Positions 25,803-35,084 of a stretch of 64,000 nucleotides of DNA are shown piece after piece. The notes under the pieces are model-generated. The model ran no database searches, had not been told where the DNA came from, and was given only the letters and a program-made list of their open reading frames with translations. Every line of letters begins with the position of its first letter. Position 1 is the stretch's first letter. Where the stretch lies: positions 48,596 through 112,595 of the forward strand of contig JAKSMG010000003.1 of NCBI GenBank assembly GCA_024400755.1, written 5' to 3'. This stretch comes from Bacteroidales bacterium (GTDB lineage: Bacteria; Bacteroidota; Bacteroidia; Bacteroidales; WCHB1-69). Both the position numbers and the translations under genes were made by a program.

Positions 25803-28093
25803 AATCTCCAATTCAATCCAAAATAATACAGGAACGGTAACTGATAAACCACGTCGTTGGTGATACGGTTTACATAGAACACGTTGCTGTAATTATATAC
25901 ATTGGTCAATGAAGCACTCACTTCAATAGAGTGTCTTTCACCAATAAAGAATTTCTTTTTAACCCCTAAATCCAAACGATGATAATTGGGCAGACGGCCT
26001 TTGTTCAAATCGTCTAACACAAAATCCAAATCCTCGTTTGCCTGAATAATATCATCCCCTATACCCGTAGAAGGAACAAAATTGGGATAGAAGGCCTGAG
26101 TTTGCGTAAATGGAAATCCTGAACCAAAATTCCAACGCAAGTCAATCTGCCAGGAACGGCGTTTTCCAAAGGCATACGATGCCAGAATATTAATATTGTG
26201 GCGACGATCAAAATTAGGAGCGTATGTAACCTTGGGATCCGTACGTTTAACCCAGCCCAAAGAATAAACACCCCACAAATACAAGCCCTTGTACTCGAAT
26301 TTGATAGAAATATCTCCACCGTATGCGTGTCCCTGCTCCCACATAAACGGCTCGTCATTCTGCTCATCCACCATATAACGATTGACGGAAATAATTTGTG
26401 AAAAATGCTTATAATAACCTTCCACATTGATGCTGGTGTATTTTAACACATCCAATTCCAAACCCAAGACCGCATGCTCGGAAGTCTGCAAGCGGTTTTT
26501 GGCCGTTTTCCCATTGGGAAGGATAGGTGCGATATCCAAGCTTGACGGACTTGAAACATAGCCATAGAACAAGTTGACCACATCACGATCAGACGTAACG
26601 GAGATGTAATTTTGCGAATACATACCGCCCGACAATTTCAATCGAATATTTTTAGTGATATTGTACTTGATAGCCAAACGAGGTTCTGGAGACACCTTGC
26701 TTAATGAAGTATAATATTGCAAGCGGAAACTTGGCTCTATCAATAAGATATTTTTATAATTGTACTTATACTTTACAAATAAAGAAAGATCGGTTGTATA
26801 ATCTTTTGGGTATTCTTTATTGCCATATTTCGTCCAATACTTATAAACCGTATTGAAACCAACGGCATTAAGACCTATGTTAAAAATACTTCGTCCCACA
26901 TAATAATTAAAGACTAAATTGAAATTAAAGCCCCCCGTATGCGTATATTTGCTGTATTCTCCCTCAGTCTGGTAAGCAGGGTCATTGATTTTCGATTCAT
27001 AATCAGAATAAGCGAATGTACCCTCGATGGTCGTATTGGCTTGTCCCGGAACGATTAAGAAATTGGCACCAACGCCCCAATTGTTCCAAGAATATTGTAG
27101 TGCGGAAGTATAATTCACTTTATCCATAAAGTTAAAGCCAAAAACATTCAATTTGGAGCCGCCTTGCGAGGCAAGGGTGAGTTTTCCGTAGATGTCCATA
27201 AAATTGTAAGGCAAACCGGATTCATTTTTTACATAGGGATAAAACACCTTTGCAGCTTGGGCCAGATAGGAACCTTTTCCAGACAAAATAAAACTCAAAG
27301 AAGTTTTTCTATCATCTTTTAACTTTACGATAGGACCCTCCAAAAGTACCTGTGCACCGATATTGCTCAAATCGATTTTTCCGGAAAGTCTTTTCTTGTT
27401 TCCGTCTCTGGTTTTGATATTCATTACGGAAGAAATTCTTCCACCAAACTCGGCACCGAATCCGCCCGTATAAATATCGGCACTGCTCATAATATCCATA
27501 TCAAACACAGAAAAAAGTCCGATGGAATGAAAAGGATTAAACACAATCATTCCGTCCAACAAGAGCATATTTTGAATAGGGGTACCGCCACGCACATAAA
27601 GCTGACCGCCCTGATCGCCGGTAGAGATGACGCCAGGCAATACTTGCAAGTACTGTGCAAAATCGGGTTGACCACCAATGGCGGGCATTTTGCTGATTTC
27701 TTTGGGGGTAATGCTAATGACAGCCGAACGGGTTTCCTGGATTTGACGATCCGCGGCCCCACTGACCTGGACTTCATCCAAAGAAACCTTTGAAGGTTGA
27801 ATCATATAGCGTTTGATGACGGTTCTACCCTGCACGTCAATCGTATCGCGATAAGTATCATAGCCTAAAAAATTGATTGTCAATACGTATGTTCCATTAG
27901 GGATCTTATCCATAATAAAGTTACCCGTGGATTCTGTCATTGCGCCGTACGACGTTCCTTGCAGGACAACGGGACAATATCCCACGGGTTCGCCACTTGA
28001 GGCATCATAGACGAAACCTTTAATTGTAGATTGCGCCGACACTGACAACATCACTGTCAACAAAAAAATTATGGCTATAAATCGCTTTATCAT
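25799..28093 (-). CDS. TonB-dependent receptor with N-terminal carboxypeptidase-regulatory-like domain
   Basis: Has a signal peptide, the segment TIKGFVYDASSGEPV...GTYVLTINFLGY, a plug region, a long beta-barrel and a terminal F. Its stop codon overlaps the stop of the convergent FISUMP gene (TTAG). Confidence 0.85.
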   Translation of the reverse strand: MIKRFIAIIFLLTVMLSVSAQSTIKGFVYDASSGEPVGYCPVVLQGTSYGAMTESTGNFIMDKIPNGTYVLTINFLGYDTYRDTIDVQGRTVIKRYMIQPSKVSLDEVQVSGAADRQIQETRSAVISITPKEISKMPAIGGQPDFAQYLQVLPGVISTGDQGGQLYVRGGTPIQNMLLLDGMIVFNPFHSIGLFSVFDMDIMSSADIYTGGFGAEFGGRISSVMNIKTRDGNKKRLSGKIDLSNIGAQVLLEGPIVKLKDDRKTSLSFILSGKGSYLAQAAKVFYPYVKNESGLPYNFMDIYGKLTLASQGGSKLNVFGFNFMDKVNYTSALQYSWNNWGVGANFLIVPGQANTTIEGTFAYSDYESKINDPAYQTEGEYSKYTHTGGFNFNLVFNYYVGRSIFNIGLNAVGFNTVYKYWTKYGNKEYPKDYTTDLSLFVKYKYNYKNILLIEPSFRLQYYTSLSKVSPEPRLAIKYNITKNIRLKLSGGMYSQNYISVTSDRDVVNLFYGYVSSPSSLDIAPILPNGKTAKNRLQTSEHAVLGLELDVLKYTSINVEGYYKHFSQIISVNRYMVDEQNDEPFMWEQGHAYGGDISIKFEYKGLYLWGVYSLGWVKRTDPKVTYAPNFDRRHNINILASYAFGKRRSWQIDLRWNFGSGFPFTQTQAFYPNFVPSTGIGDDIIQANEDLDFVLDDLNKGRLPNYHRLDLGVKKKFFIGERHSIEVSASLTNVYNYSNVFYVNRITNDVVYQLPFLYYFGLNWRF

Positions 28094-28113
28094 CAGTTTT
28101 TAATTTGCACAAG

Positions 28114-28629
28114 TTAAAAAACAAGACGGATTTCTTCTTTTAATGCTTCCATTGCCGTCGTAACAGGAGAAATTGCTGCCGTTTCTTCAATAATTGCCGA
28201 TACCAATTCTATTCCGGGAGCTTCAGGTGCTAATTTCCCGGAACTAATATTGATAATGCGAATAATATCTTCTTTCGCATTGCAGATTTTATCCCATACT
28301 TCAGTAGAAAGATAAATTTGCTGTGATAAATTGTGTTCAAATTCGGAACGAATCGTGGCAATCAGCAGCAAGCGCAAACCCGCATTATTCGTATTGCCGT
28401 CATTCAACCTGAGTATCAACTGATTGGGTTCGATACGTTCCAAGAACATCGCCATCCGCTCGTATGCCTGCAAGCGGATGGGGGCGATGACACTCTTATT
28501 ATGTTCCTTCAATTCCAATAATCGCTTTCTCTCATCATTTTGAATAAACATTCGAACAGAGAAAAAAGAAGTCAAGAAAACGATTACGGCAACAAGAAAT
28601 GTTCCTAAAATATAGATTAAAACCGTCAT
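28114..28629 (-). CDS. Hypothetical membrane-anchored protein
   Basis: Has one N-terminal TM helix (VLIYILGTFLVAVIVFLTSFF) and is 171 aa long. It is packed between glnA (2-nt gap) and the TonB-dependent receptor (20-nt gap). I do not recognise a family. Confidence 0.55.
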   Translation of the reverse strand: MTVLIYILGTFLVAVIVFLTSFFSVRMFIQNDERKRLLELKEHNKSVIAPIRLQAYERMAMFLERIEPNQLILRLNDGNTNNAGLRLLLIATIRSEFEHNLSQQIYLSTEVWDKICNAKEDIIRIINISSGKLAPEAPGIELVSAIIEETAAISPVTTAMEALKEEIRLVF

Positions 28630-28631
28630 TT

Positions 28632-30137
28632 TTATCCGCAGTGGAAATAATTATGAACTAATTCAAGCATTTTTTCAGGATGATTCTTGATTTCTTCGCG
28701 AATATTCTGATCTTGGAATGATTTCAACTGTTTAATGATATCGTCAATCATTTCAGCAGCGAAAACACCGTGCTTTTCAAAAATATCCCTATGGGCGCAC
28801 AAAGCGTCGGCTGATTCCCAGCAAGAAGCGGGAAGTTGAGCCAAACTTTCCAGTTTTTCCTTATTTTCGGTTTTATGGATATTGACATCCACGTAAGTTT
28901 TCTTGGCCAAGTCGAGAGCGCCTTCCATTTCAAATCCGTGACGAGCGGCCACGCACAAACCGGCCAACAACAAATAGATGTCGGCAGAACCGTCTGGACA
29001 ACGGAATTCAACGGTTTGCTTTTGAGCAAAATCACGATTACCAGCTTTTTCCAATGGATTCACCATAGCCACCATATCGTTTTTATGTGTCCAACCAAGA
29101 GGAACTCTCACCAAAACCGAACGGTTGCGGTCACCCCAGCAAATTGATGTGGGAGCTTCCTGATGAGGCACCAAGCGGAAATAGGAAGTCGGATTGGTAT
29201 TGCCGAAAGCCGTCAACGAAGAAGCGCAAGTCATATAGCCGGCAATCGCTGATTTGGCAATCGTATTCAATTTTCCTTTCGTAACATATTGATTCTTTCC
29301 GTCCTTGACGATACGGGTATGGATGTGCAAGCCGCTACCGGCCTTGCCTGCCGTGATTTTAGGAGCGAAAGTAACGTCCAAACCGTATTGATAAGCCAAA
29401 TTTCTGATGATCCACTTTGCCAATACCAACTGATCTGCCGCATCTTGAACATCGGTAACCAAAAATTCAATTTCATTTTGCTCATAAATCTTATCTTCCA
29501 AAGTGAAATTACCCACTTCTGAATGACCATACTTAATTTGTCCGCCCACCTTTGAAATGGCCAGCATACATTCGGTACGGAATTCCTCAAATTTGGTAAA
29601 AGGGGTAGATTCGTGATAACCACGTTGATCCGGAGTCAAATACAAATCCTCTTTTTCACCGATCACGTAATATTCCAATTCGCCCATAGCCTGAAAATTC
29701 ATACCCGTAACTTTGGTGAATGATTCAGCAGCTTTGCGCAATACGTATTCCGGAGAATTTTCCATTGGCTGACCATCTTTGTTGAAATAGGAACACAACA
29801 TAGAAACGGTTGGAATTTCGGCAAAAGGATCCACAAAAGCCGTACTAAAACGAGGGATGACATACAAGTCGCTGGAACCGGCGTGAATGAATGACGGGAA
29901 AATATTGGAACCGTCAACACGTTCACCCGCAGACAAAATCTGGTCGAGATATTCCCGATTGTTCAGCACAAAATTTAAGGTTTTCAATCTACCATCGCCA
30001 GCCACATATCTGAAATTGACCATCTGGATTTTGTTTTCCTCGATATACTTCATAATATCGGCTTTGGTAAATTCCTTCGAATCCTTCTTCAAGTAGCTAA
30101 CCAATGGATTCATGCTCATAACTAAGTTTTCTTTCAT
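28632..30137 (-). CDS. glnA: Glutamine synthetase (about 500-aa form)
   Basis: Has a beta-grasp domain plus a catalytic domain. KAGSGLHIHTR resembles the GS ATP-binding region. The start may instead be M7 or M9. Confidence 0.82.
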   Translation of the reverse strand: MKENLVMSMNPLVSYLKKDSKEFTKADIMKYIEENKIQMVNFRYVAGDGRLKTLNFVLNNREYLDQILSAGERVDGSNIFPSFIHAGSSDLYVIPRFSTAFVDPFAEIPTVSMLCSYFNKDGQPMENSPEYVLRKAAESFTKVTGMNFQAMGELEYYVIGEKEDLYLTPDQRGYHESTPFTKFEEFRTECMLAISKVGGQIKYGHSEVGNFTLEDKIYEQNEIEFLVTDVQDAADQLVLAKWIIRNLAYQYGLDVTFAPKITAGKAGSGLHIHTRIVKDGKNQYVTKGKLNTIAKSAIAGYMTCASSLTAFGNTNPTSYFRLVPHQEAPTSICWGDRNRSVLVRVPLGWTHKNDMVAMVNPLEKAGNRDFAQKQTVEFRCPDGSADIYLLLAGLCVAARHGFEMEGALDLAKKTYVDVNIHKTENKEKLESLAQLPASCWESADALCAHRDIFEKHGVFAAEMIDDIIKQLKSFQDQNIREEIKNHPEKMLELVHNYFHCG

Positions 30138-30181
30138 GACGTTATATTTTAAATTACTATTATCCTAAATTTATGGGGTGC

Positions 30182-30189
30182 AAAGATAC
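30182..30189 (-). promoter_or_regulatory. -7 promoter box (TATCTTTG) for glnA
   Basis: The plus strand reads CAAAGATA, 45 nt upstream of the glnA ATG. Confidence 0.6.
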
Positions 30190-30232
30190 AAAATAATTAT
30201 CAGTACAGCGTAAAACATTAAATTTTTTCAGT

Positions 30233-30240
30233 AGATTTGC
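30233..30240 (+). promoter_or_regulatory. -7 promoter box (TAGATTTG) for the tRNA methyltransferase gene
   Basis: TAnnTTTG lies 18 nt upstream of ATG 30258. It overlaps the TTG start at 30237 used by the ORF track, which argues against that start. Confidence 0.45.
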
Positions 30241-30257
30241 CAACCAAATTAGTGGTT

Positions 30258-30977
30258 ATGTTTCACTTTAAGAATTTTTCGCTTTACCACGAAAACAGCG
30301 CATTAAAAATTGGCACCGATGCCGTGCTATTAGCTGCGGCAACGCCCGTTCAACAAGTCACTTCCGTTTTGGACATAGGGTGCGGCTGCGGGGTAATTGC
30401 TTTGTGCTTGGCCTGGAAAATGAAACAGCAAAATGGAAGTCAGTCCATTATCGGTATTGACATTGACGAATCTTCCATTTTGGAAGCACAGAAAAATCTT
30501 GACGGTTTCCCCAAAAACGCCCAACAGGACATTCAATTTTTACGGCAAAGCATCCAGGGATTTTCCAATGAATACCAAGGAAAATTTGACCTCATCGTAT
30601 CCAATCCTCCATTTTTCGTAGATTCCCTAAAACCTAATTCCTATAAAAAAAGTGTCAGCAAACACAACGACACACTCCCCTTTGAAGAATTAATTCAAGC
30701 CGTCACAAGATTGTTGGCACCAAAAGGAAAATTCTATCTCATACTTCCAAAGAATGAGCACGACGTTTTTCATCAATTGGCACAGCGACAATGGACGGAA
30801 ACTTTTCGTTTATCCATTAAACCCACTCCTCAAAAACCCGTCAATAGAATCATATCGGCATATCAAAAATGTCCTTCTTGTGAATTGCATTTTTCCGAAC
30901 TCGTTATAAGAACTAAAAATAACACATATACTTCTGAATATCAAGACTTAACGAAAGAATTTTATCTTGATTTTTAA
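30258..30977 (+). CDS. tRNA (adenine-N6)-methyltransferase (TrmN6/YfiC-like)
   Basis: Has the SAM-binding motif VLDIGCGCG and the catalytic NPPF motif (VSNPPFF). The start is trimmed to ATG 30258. Confidence 0.8.
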   Translation: MFHFKNFSLYHENSALKIGTDAVLLAAATPVQQVTSVLDIGCGCGVIALCLAWKMKQQNGSQSIIGIDIDESSILEAQKNLDGFPKNAQQDIQFLRQSIQGFSNEYQGKFDLIVSNPPFFVDSLKPNSYKKSVSKHNDTLPFEELIQAVTRLLAPKGKFYLILPKNEHDVFHQLAQRQWTETFRLSIKPTPQKPVNRIISAYQKCPSCELHFSELVIRTKNNTYTSEYQDLTKEFYLDF

Positions 30978-31016
30978 ATTTCATCCTCACAACATTACTT
31001 TTAGGCAAATATTTTT

Positions 31017-31237
31017 CGGAATTATCCCCCTCCGTCTTGCAAAGAGATTCCGATTTCGCTACGCTTCATCGGAATGGCGATTAATCATTAGGCAAGAAGT
31101 GGCGGCGGCACCCAACACGTACATTAACCTCCTATTTTGTGCCGCCGCCATTATACATACAAGGTATTTCGCCATTCCAACGTTTCCGACGTAAGGAGGG
31201 AACATCGGAATCTCAACAAGATTAAAATGGATAGTCC
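31017..31237 (+). repeat. Structured interspersed repeat, copy A (longest, most diverged)
   Basis: Shares three blocks with the copies at 42057 and 47840: CGGAATTATCC...TCTTG.AA.GAGATT, the conserved TCGGAATGGCGA loop, and CAACAAGATTAAA. The central GC hairpin is GGCGGCGGCAC/GTGCCGCCGCC. Confidence 0.75.
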
Positions 31238-31290
31238 ATTTTTTTATTCAATTTTCATCATTTCAGAATTCTTAACTGCCAATAATTTTG

Positions 31291-31298
31291 TATCTTTG
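31291..31298 (+). promoter_or_regulatory. -7 promoter box (TATCTTTG) for the S41 peptidase/dnaG unit
   Basis: TAnnTTTG lies 21 nt upstream of ATG 31319. Confidence 0.6.
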
Positions 31299-31318
31299 CC
31301 AACTTAAATTTTCGAATC

Positions 31319-33079
31319 ATGAAAAAAACACTTAGATTTGTCATTAGTCTCTTCTTATTATTCTTCACTGTCAATGGATTTGCACAAAATCCTTCCTATC
31401 AGCAAAATGCAGGCAAAATGCAGCAAATGTTGCAGGCCATCAACGGAATGTATGTCGATACCGTGAACTTTATGCCACTGGTAGAAAAAGGCATTGTTGA
31501 AATGCTGAAAGAGCTGGATCCGCATTCTGTTTATATTCCGAAAAAAGACGTGCAACAAACCAACGAGCCGTTAGAAGGCAAATTTGACGGCATCGGTGTT
31601 ACTTTTCAATTAATCAAAGATACCATCAATGTGATGGAAGTTATTCCAGACGGTCCGTCGGACAAGGTCGGACTTCGTGCCGGGGATAAGATTTTGAAGG
31701 TGGATACGGCCATTGCCTGCGGTAAACACGTGAACAACAAGTGGGTACAGAACCATTTGCGCGGCGTCAAAGGCACCAAAGTAGTGGTGGGTATCAAGCG
31801 CGGCCGCAACCCCGAACTGTTAGAATTTACCATCACCCGCGATAAAATTCCGATGAACAGCGTGAACGTGTCGTTTATGGTAAACGAACACACCGGCTAC
31901 ATCAAATTGGACCGTTTCGCGATGACCTCGCCGAATGAAGTGCATACCGCCCTCACCAAACTCAACGCCCGCGGAATGAAAAACCTCATCTTAGACCTTC
32001 GCGGCAATGGCGGCGGCTACTTGGACGTAGCATTTCAAATTTCTGATATTTTCCTGGGTGCCGACCAGATGATTGTCTATACAGACAATTTCAGAAAAAC
32101 CGGACAACAATTCCTTTCTACCGGCAAAGGCGAATTCCAAAAAGGCAAGCTGATTGTATTGGTAGATGAAGGCTCCGCTTCCGCATCAGAAATCGTCTCC
32201 GGCTGTATTCAGGACTGGGACCGCGGCTTGGTAATCGGTCGCCGTACTTTTGGTAAAGGATTGGTACAGAAACCATTATATCTCAATGATCAATCTATGG
32301 TGCGTCTTACCATTTCACATTATTACACTCCAACGGGACGCTGCATCCAGAAACCTTACAATGACGGTTTGGAAAGTTATTTCAACGACCTCAACAACCG
32401 CAGCAAGCACGGGGAATTTCTCACCGCCGACAGCATTAAATTTCCTGATTCACTGAAATATACGACACCAAGAGGACGTACGGTCTATGGCGGCGGCGGC
32501 ATCATGCCCGACATTTTCATTCCTTTGGATACTTCCAAATACTCCACATTCTACAACGAACTCGCCCGCAAAGGCATTTTCGGCAGTTTCACAATGGACT
32601 ATATGGAATCTCACCGCGATGAAATGAAAGCCAAATATCCTGATTTTGAAGCTTATAAAAACAACTTCGAAATTTCTGACGAACTTTATGCCGACTTTAT
32701 CAAATATGCGAAAAAAGAAGGCGTGAGCGACAGCGTCAAATTCGTTTTTTCCTCTTATCTGCAAGGATTTTTGAAAGAAAACAAAGGAAAACTGGACTCA
32801 CTTTATCATTCAAGCAATGATTTTGAAAAACAAGCCGATTTTGATAAGATGCTGACCGAATACATCAGCAAACAAAGTGCGGAAGCCCTGCGTCTGAAAA
32901 ATTTGAATAAGGCACCTGAATACATCAAGGAATACCTCAAATTTGAAATTGCCCGTACCTTGTTCAGCTATGGTGAGGCATACGAAGTGTTCCTGACCAG
33001 TGACGACACCTTCCAGCAAGCGGTCAAGATCATGAACGACAATAAAATTTTCAAGAAATTTAAAGTCAACGACAAGTGA
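31319..33079 (+). CDS. S41 family C-terminal processing (tail-specific) peptidase
   Basis: Has a signal peptide, a PDZ domain (GLRAGDKILKVD), and S41 core motifs (DLRGNGGGYL, GSASASEIV, GRRTFGKG). Confidence 0.85.
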   Translation: MKKTLRFVISLFLLFFTVNGFAQNPSYQQNAGKMQQMLQAINGMYVDTVNFMPLVEKGIVEMLKELDPHSVYIPKKDVQQTNEPLEGKFDGIGVTFQLIKDTINVMEVIPDGPSDKVGLRAGDKILKVDTAIACGKHVNNKWVQNHLRGVKGTKVVVGIKRGRNPELLEFTITRDKIPMNSVNVSFMVNEHTGYIKLDRFAMTSPNEVHTALTKLNARGMKNLILDLRGNGGGYLDVAFQISDIFLGADQMIVYTDNFRKTGQQFLSTGKGEFQKGKLIVLVDEGSASASEIVSGCIQDWDRGLVIGRRTFGKGLVQKPLYLNDQSMVRLTISHYYTPTGRCIQKPYNDGLESYFNDLNNRSKHGEFLTADSIKFPDSLKYTTPRGRTVYGGGGIMPDIFIPLDTSKYSTFYNELARKGIFGSFTMDYMESHRDEMKAKYPDFEAYKNNFEISDELYADFIKYAKKEGVSDSVKFVFSSYLQGFLKENKGKLDSLYHSSNDFEKQADFDKMLTEYISKQSAEALRLKNLNKAPEYIKEYLKFEIARTLFSYGEAYEVFLTSDDTFQQAVKIMNDNKIFKKFKVNDK

Positions 33080-35061
33080 TTTCAAAGGAAACGATTGATG
33101 AAATCTATAATGCCGCTCAAATCGAGGAAGTAGTGGCCGATTTTGTTCCCTTGAAACGCAGGGGGCAGAATTGGGTAGGCGTTTGTCCTTTTCACAGCGA
33201 CAAAAACCCGTCTATGTACGTGAGTCCTCGTTTGGGCATTTTCAACTGCTTTGTCTGTCACACGGGCGGCAACGCCGTCAACTTCGTGATGAAGCACGAA
33301 CAGATTTCGTATCCTGAAGCCTTGCGGTACTTGGCCAAGAAGTACGCCATCAACATTGTGGAAGATGCGCAGAAGGAAGATTTAAGTGAGGAGGACCGAC
33401 TGCGGGAAAGCTTGATTGGCGTTAATAAATACGCTGAACAGTATTTTATTAATCAGCTACTCCATACCGAAGAAGGGCAAAACATTGGACTTTCATACTT
33501 TAAGGAACGCGGTTTTACCCAAGCCACCATTGAAAAGTTCAAACTCGGCTACTGCCCCGACGGCTGGGACAAATTTACCCAGGACGCCCTCAAAGCGGGC
33601 TATAAATTAGAGCACCTGATTCAAGTGGGATTGACAAAGCAGTCGGAAAGCGGCAAAACCTTCGATTTTTACCGCGGCCGCGTCATCTTTCCCATCTATG
33701 ACAAATTGGGCAAGCCCGTTGGTTTTGGCGGAAGAATCTTGAAGAAAGACGAAAAGATCGCCAAATACTTCAATTCGCCCGAAAACCCGATTTACCATAA
33801 AAGCAATGTCCTGTACGGCTTTTACAATGCCCAAAAATCCATCAAGACCAAAGATAATGTTTATCTTGTCGAAGGTTATACGGATGTACTGTCCCTGGTG
33901 CAGGCCGGCGTCGAAAATGTGGTGGCCACTTCAGGAACGGCGTTTCCCGACGGCCAAATCCGCCTGCTGAAATCCAAAACCAACAATGTGACCGTACTGC
34001 GTGATGGCGACAGAGCCGGCATCAACGCCGCTCTCAAAGACATCAACATTTTGCTGAGCAACGGTTTCAATGTCAGCGTGGTACTGCTGCCCGAAGGCGA
34101 AGACCCCGATTCTTTCGCTCGCAGTCATCGGGATTCTGAAATTGCTGATTATCTGAAAGATAATGCGAAAAGCTTTATTTTGTTCAAAGCCAAAGTAATG
34201 GCCGATGAAGCCGGAAATGATCCCGCCAAGCGAGCCGCTATGGTCAAAGACATTATTCAGTCCATCGCATTGATTCAGGACGACATCACAAGACAATTAT
34301 ACATTAAGGAACTGGCCAAGCAATTTGACATAGAAGAAAAGTCACTCAATGCCGAATTGCGAAAATATATCGTCAAGTCAATCAAGGAAACCGCGAAAGA
34401 AGATTCAAAGCAAGACCTCAACCTACATCTTCCCAAAGAAGAATCATCAAATGTCACTATAAATCTCGATAAAGAAAGTGCCCTGGCACATATTGAGCAG
34501 AGCATTATTTTGTTGATTTTAAAATACGGCGCATTTGAAATCGACATTGAAGAACAAGACGAAGAAGGGCAAATCAGTACAAGAAAAATCAGGTTGGATC
34601 AATATATCTTCAATGAATTTTCCGACGAAATGATATGTTTTCAGCAACCGTTATTTCAGAAAATATATGAAGAATACGCCGTCATAGCGGCCAAAACGAA
34701 TGGTCAAGATGAAATCAAGAAGTTCTTCGTCAACCACGAAAATACGGAAATACAGCAATTTGCGATGAGTCAACTGATCAATGAAGAACCCAATATCAGT
34801 CCTGGTTGGGAACAAAAATTTGAAGTCAGCACCGATTCCGTCAACAATAACATCTACAAACTCAACCAAGCAGTTGAAAACAGTATTCTTATGTTCAAAT
34901 TGCGTCTGACTGAACATTATCTGAAAATACTTGAAAACGAACTATCTGCCGACAAAAACGAAGCAATACAGGCACAAATCTTGAAACATTATGACAAAGT
35001 TTTAAAACAACGTCATATTATTGCCAATTTATTAAACACCGTGGTCAGCCAATTTTCATAA
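33076..35061 (+). CDS. dnaG: DNA primase
   Basis: Has a CHC2 zinc finger (CPFHSDKNPSMYV...CFVCH) and TOPRIM motifs (VEGYTDV, LRDGDRAG). The GTG start overlaps the peptidase stop by 4 nt. Confidence 0.92.
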   Translation: MISKETIDEIYNAAQIEEVVADFVPLKRRGQNWVGVCPFHSDKNPSMYVSPRLGIFNCFVCHTGGNAVNFVMKHEQISYPEALRYLAKKYAINIVEDAQKEDLSEEDRLRESLIGVNKYAEQYFINQLLHTEEGQNIGLSYFKERGFTQATIEKFKLGYCPDGWDKFTQDALKAGYKLEHLIQVGLTKQSESGKTFDFYRGRVIFPIYDKLGKPVGFGGRILKKDEKIAKYFNSPENPIYHKSNVLYGFYNAQKSIKTKDNVYLVEGYTDVLSLVQAGVENVVATSGTAFPDGQIRLLKSKTNNVTVLRDGDRAGINAALKDINILLSNGFNVSVVLLPEGEDPDSFARSHRDSEIADYLKDNAKSFILFKAKVMADEAGNDPAKRAAMVKDIIQSIALIQDDITRQLYIKELAKQFDIEEKSLNAELRKYIVKSIKETAKEDSKQDLNLHLPKEESSNVTINLDKESALAHIEQSIILLILKYGAFEIDIEEQDEEGQISTRKIRLDQYIFNEFSDEMICFQQPLFQKIYEEYAVIAAKTNGQDEIKKFFVNHENTEIQQFAMSQLINEEPNISPGWEQKFEVSTDSVNNNIYKLNQAVENSILMFKLRLTEHYLKILENELSADKNEAIQAQILKHYDKVLKQRHIIANLLNTVVSQFS

Positions 35062-35084
35062 AAATCCAATTAAAAAACTTTACT

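Noticed and set aside
30967-31194. Small ORFs inside the interspersed repeat copies (30967-31194, 47884-48066) and the cinA-family ORF extension 47769-48020
   Set aside because: The reading frames are not conserved between copies, and copy B has stop codons in every frame. The conserved features are helices and termini, not codons.
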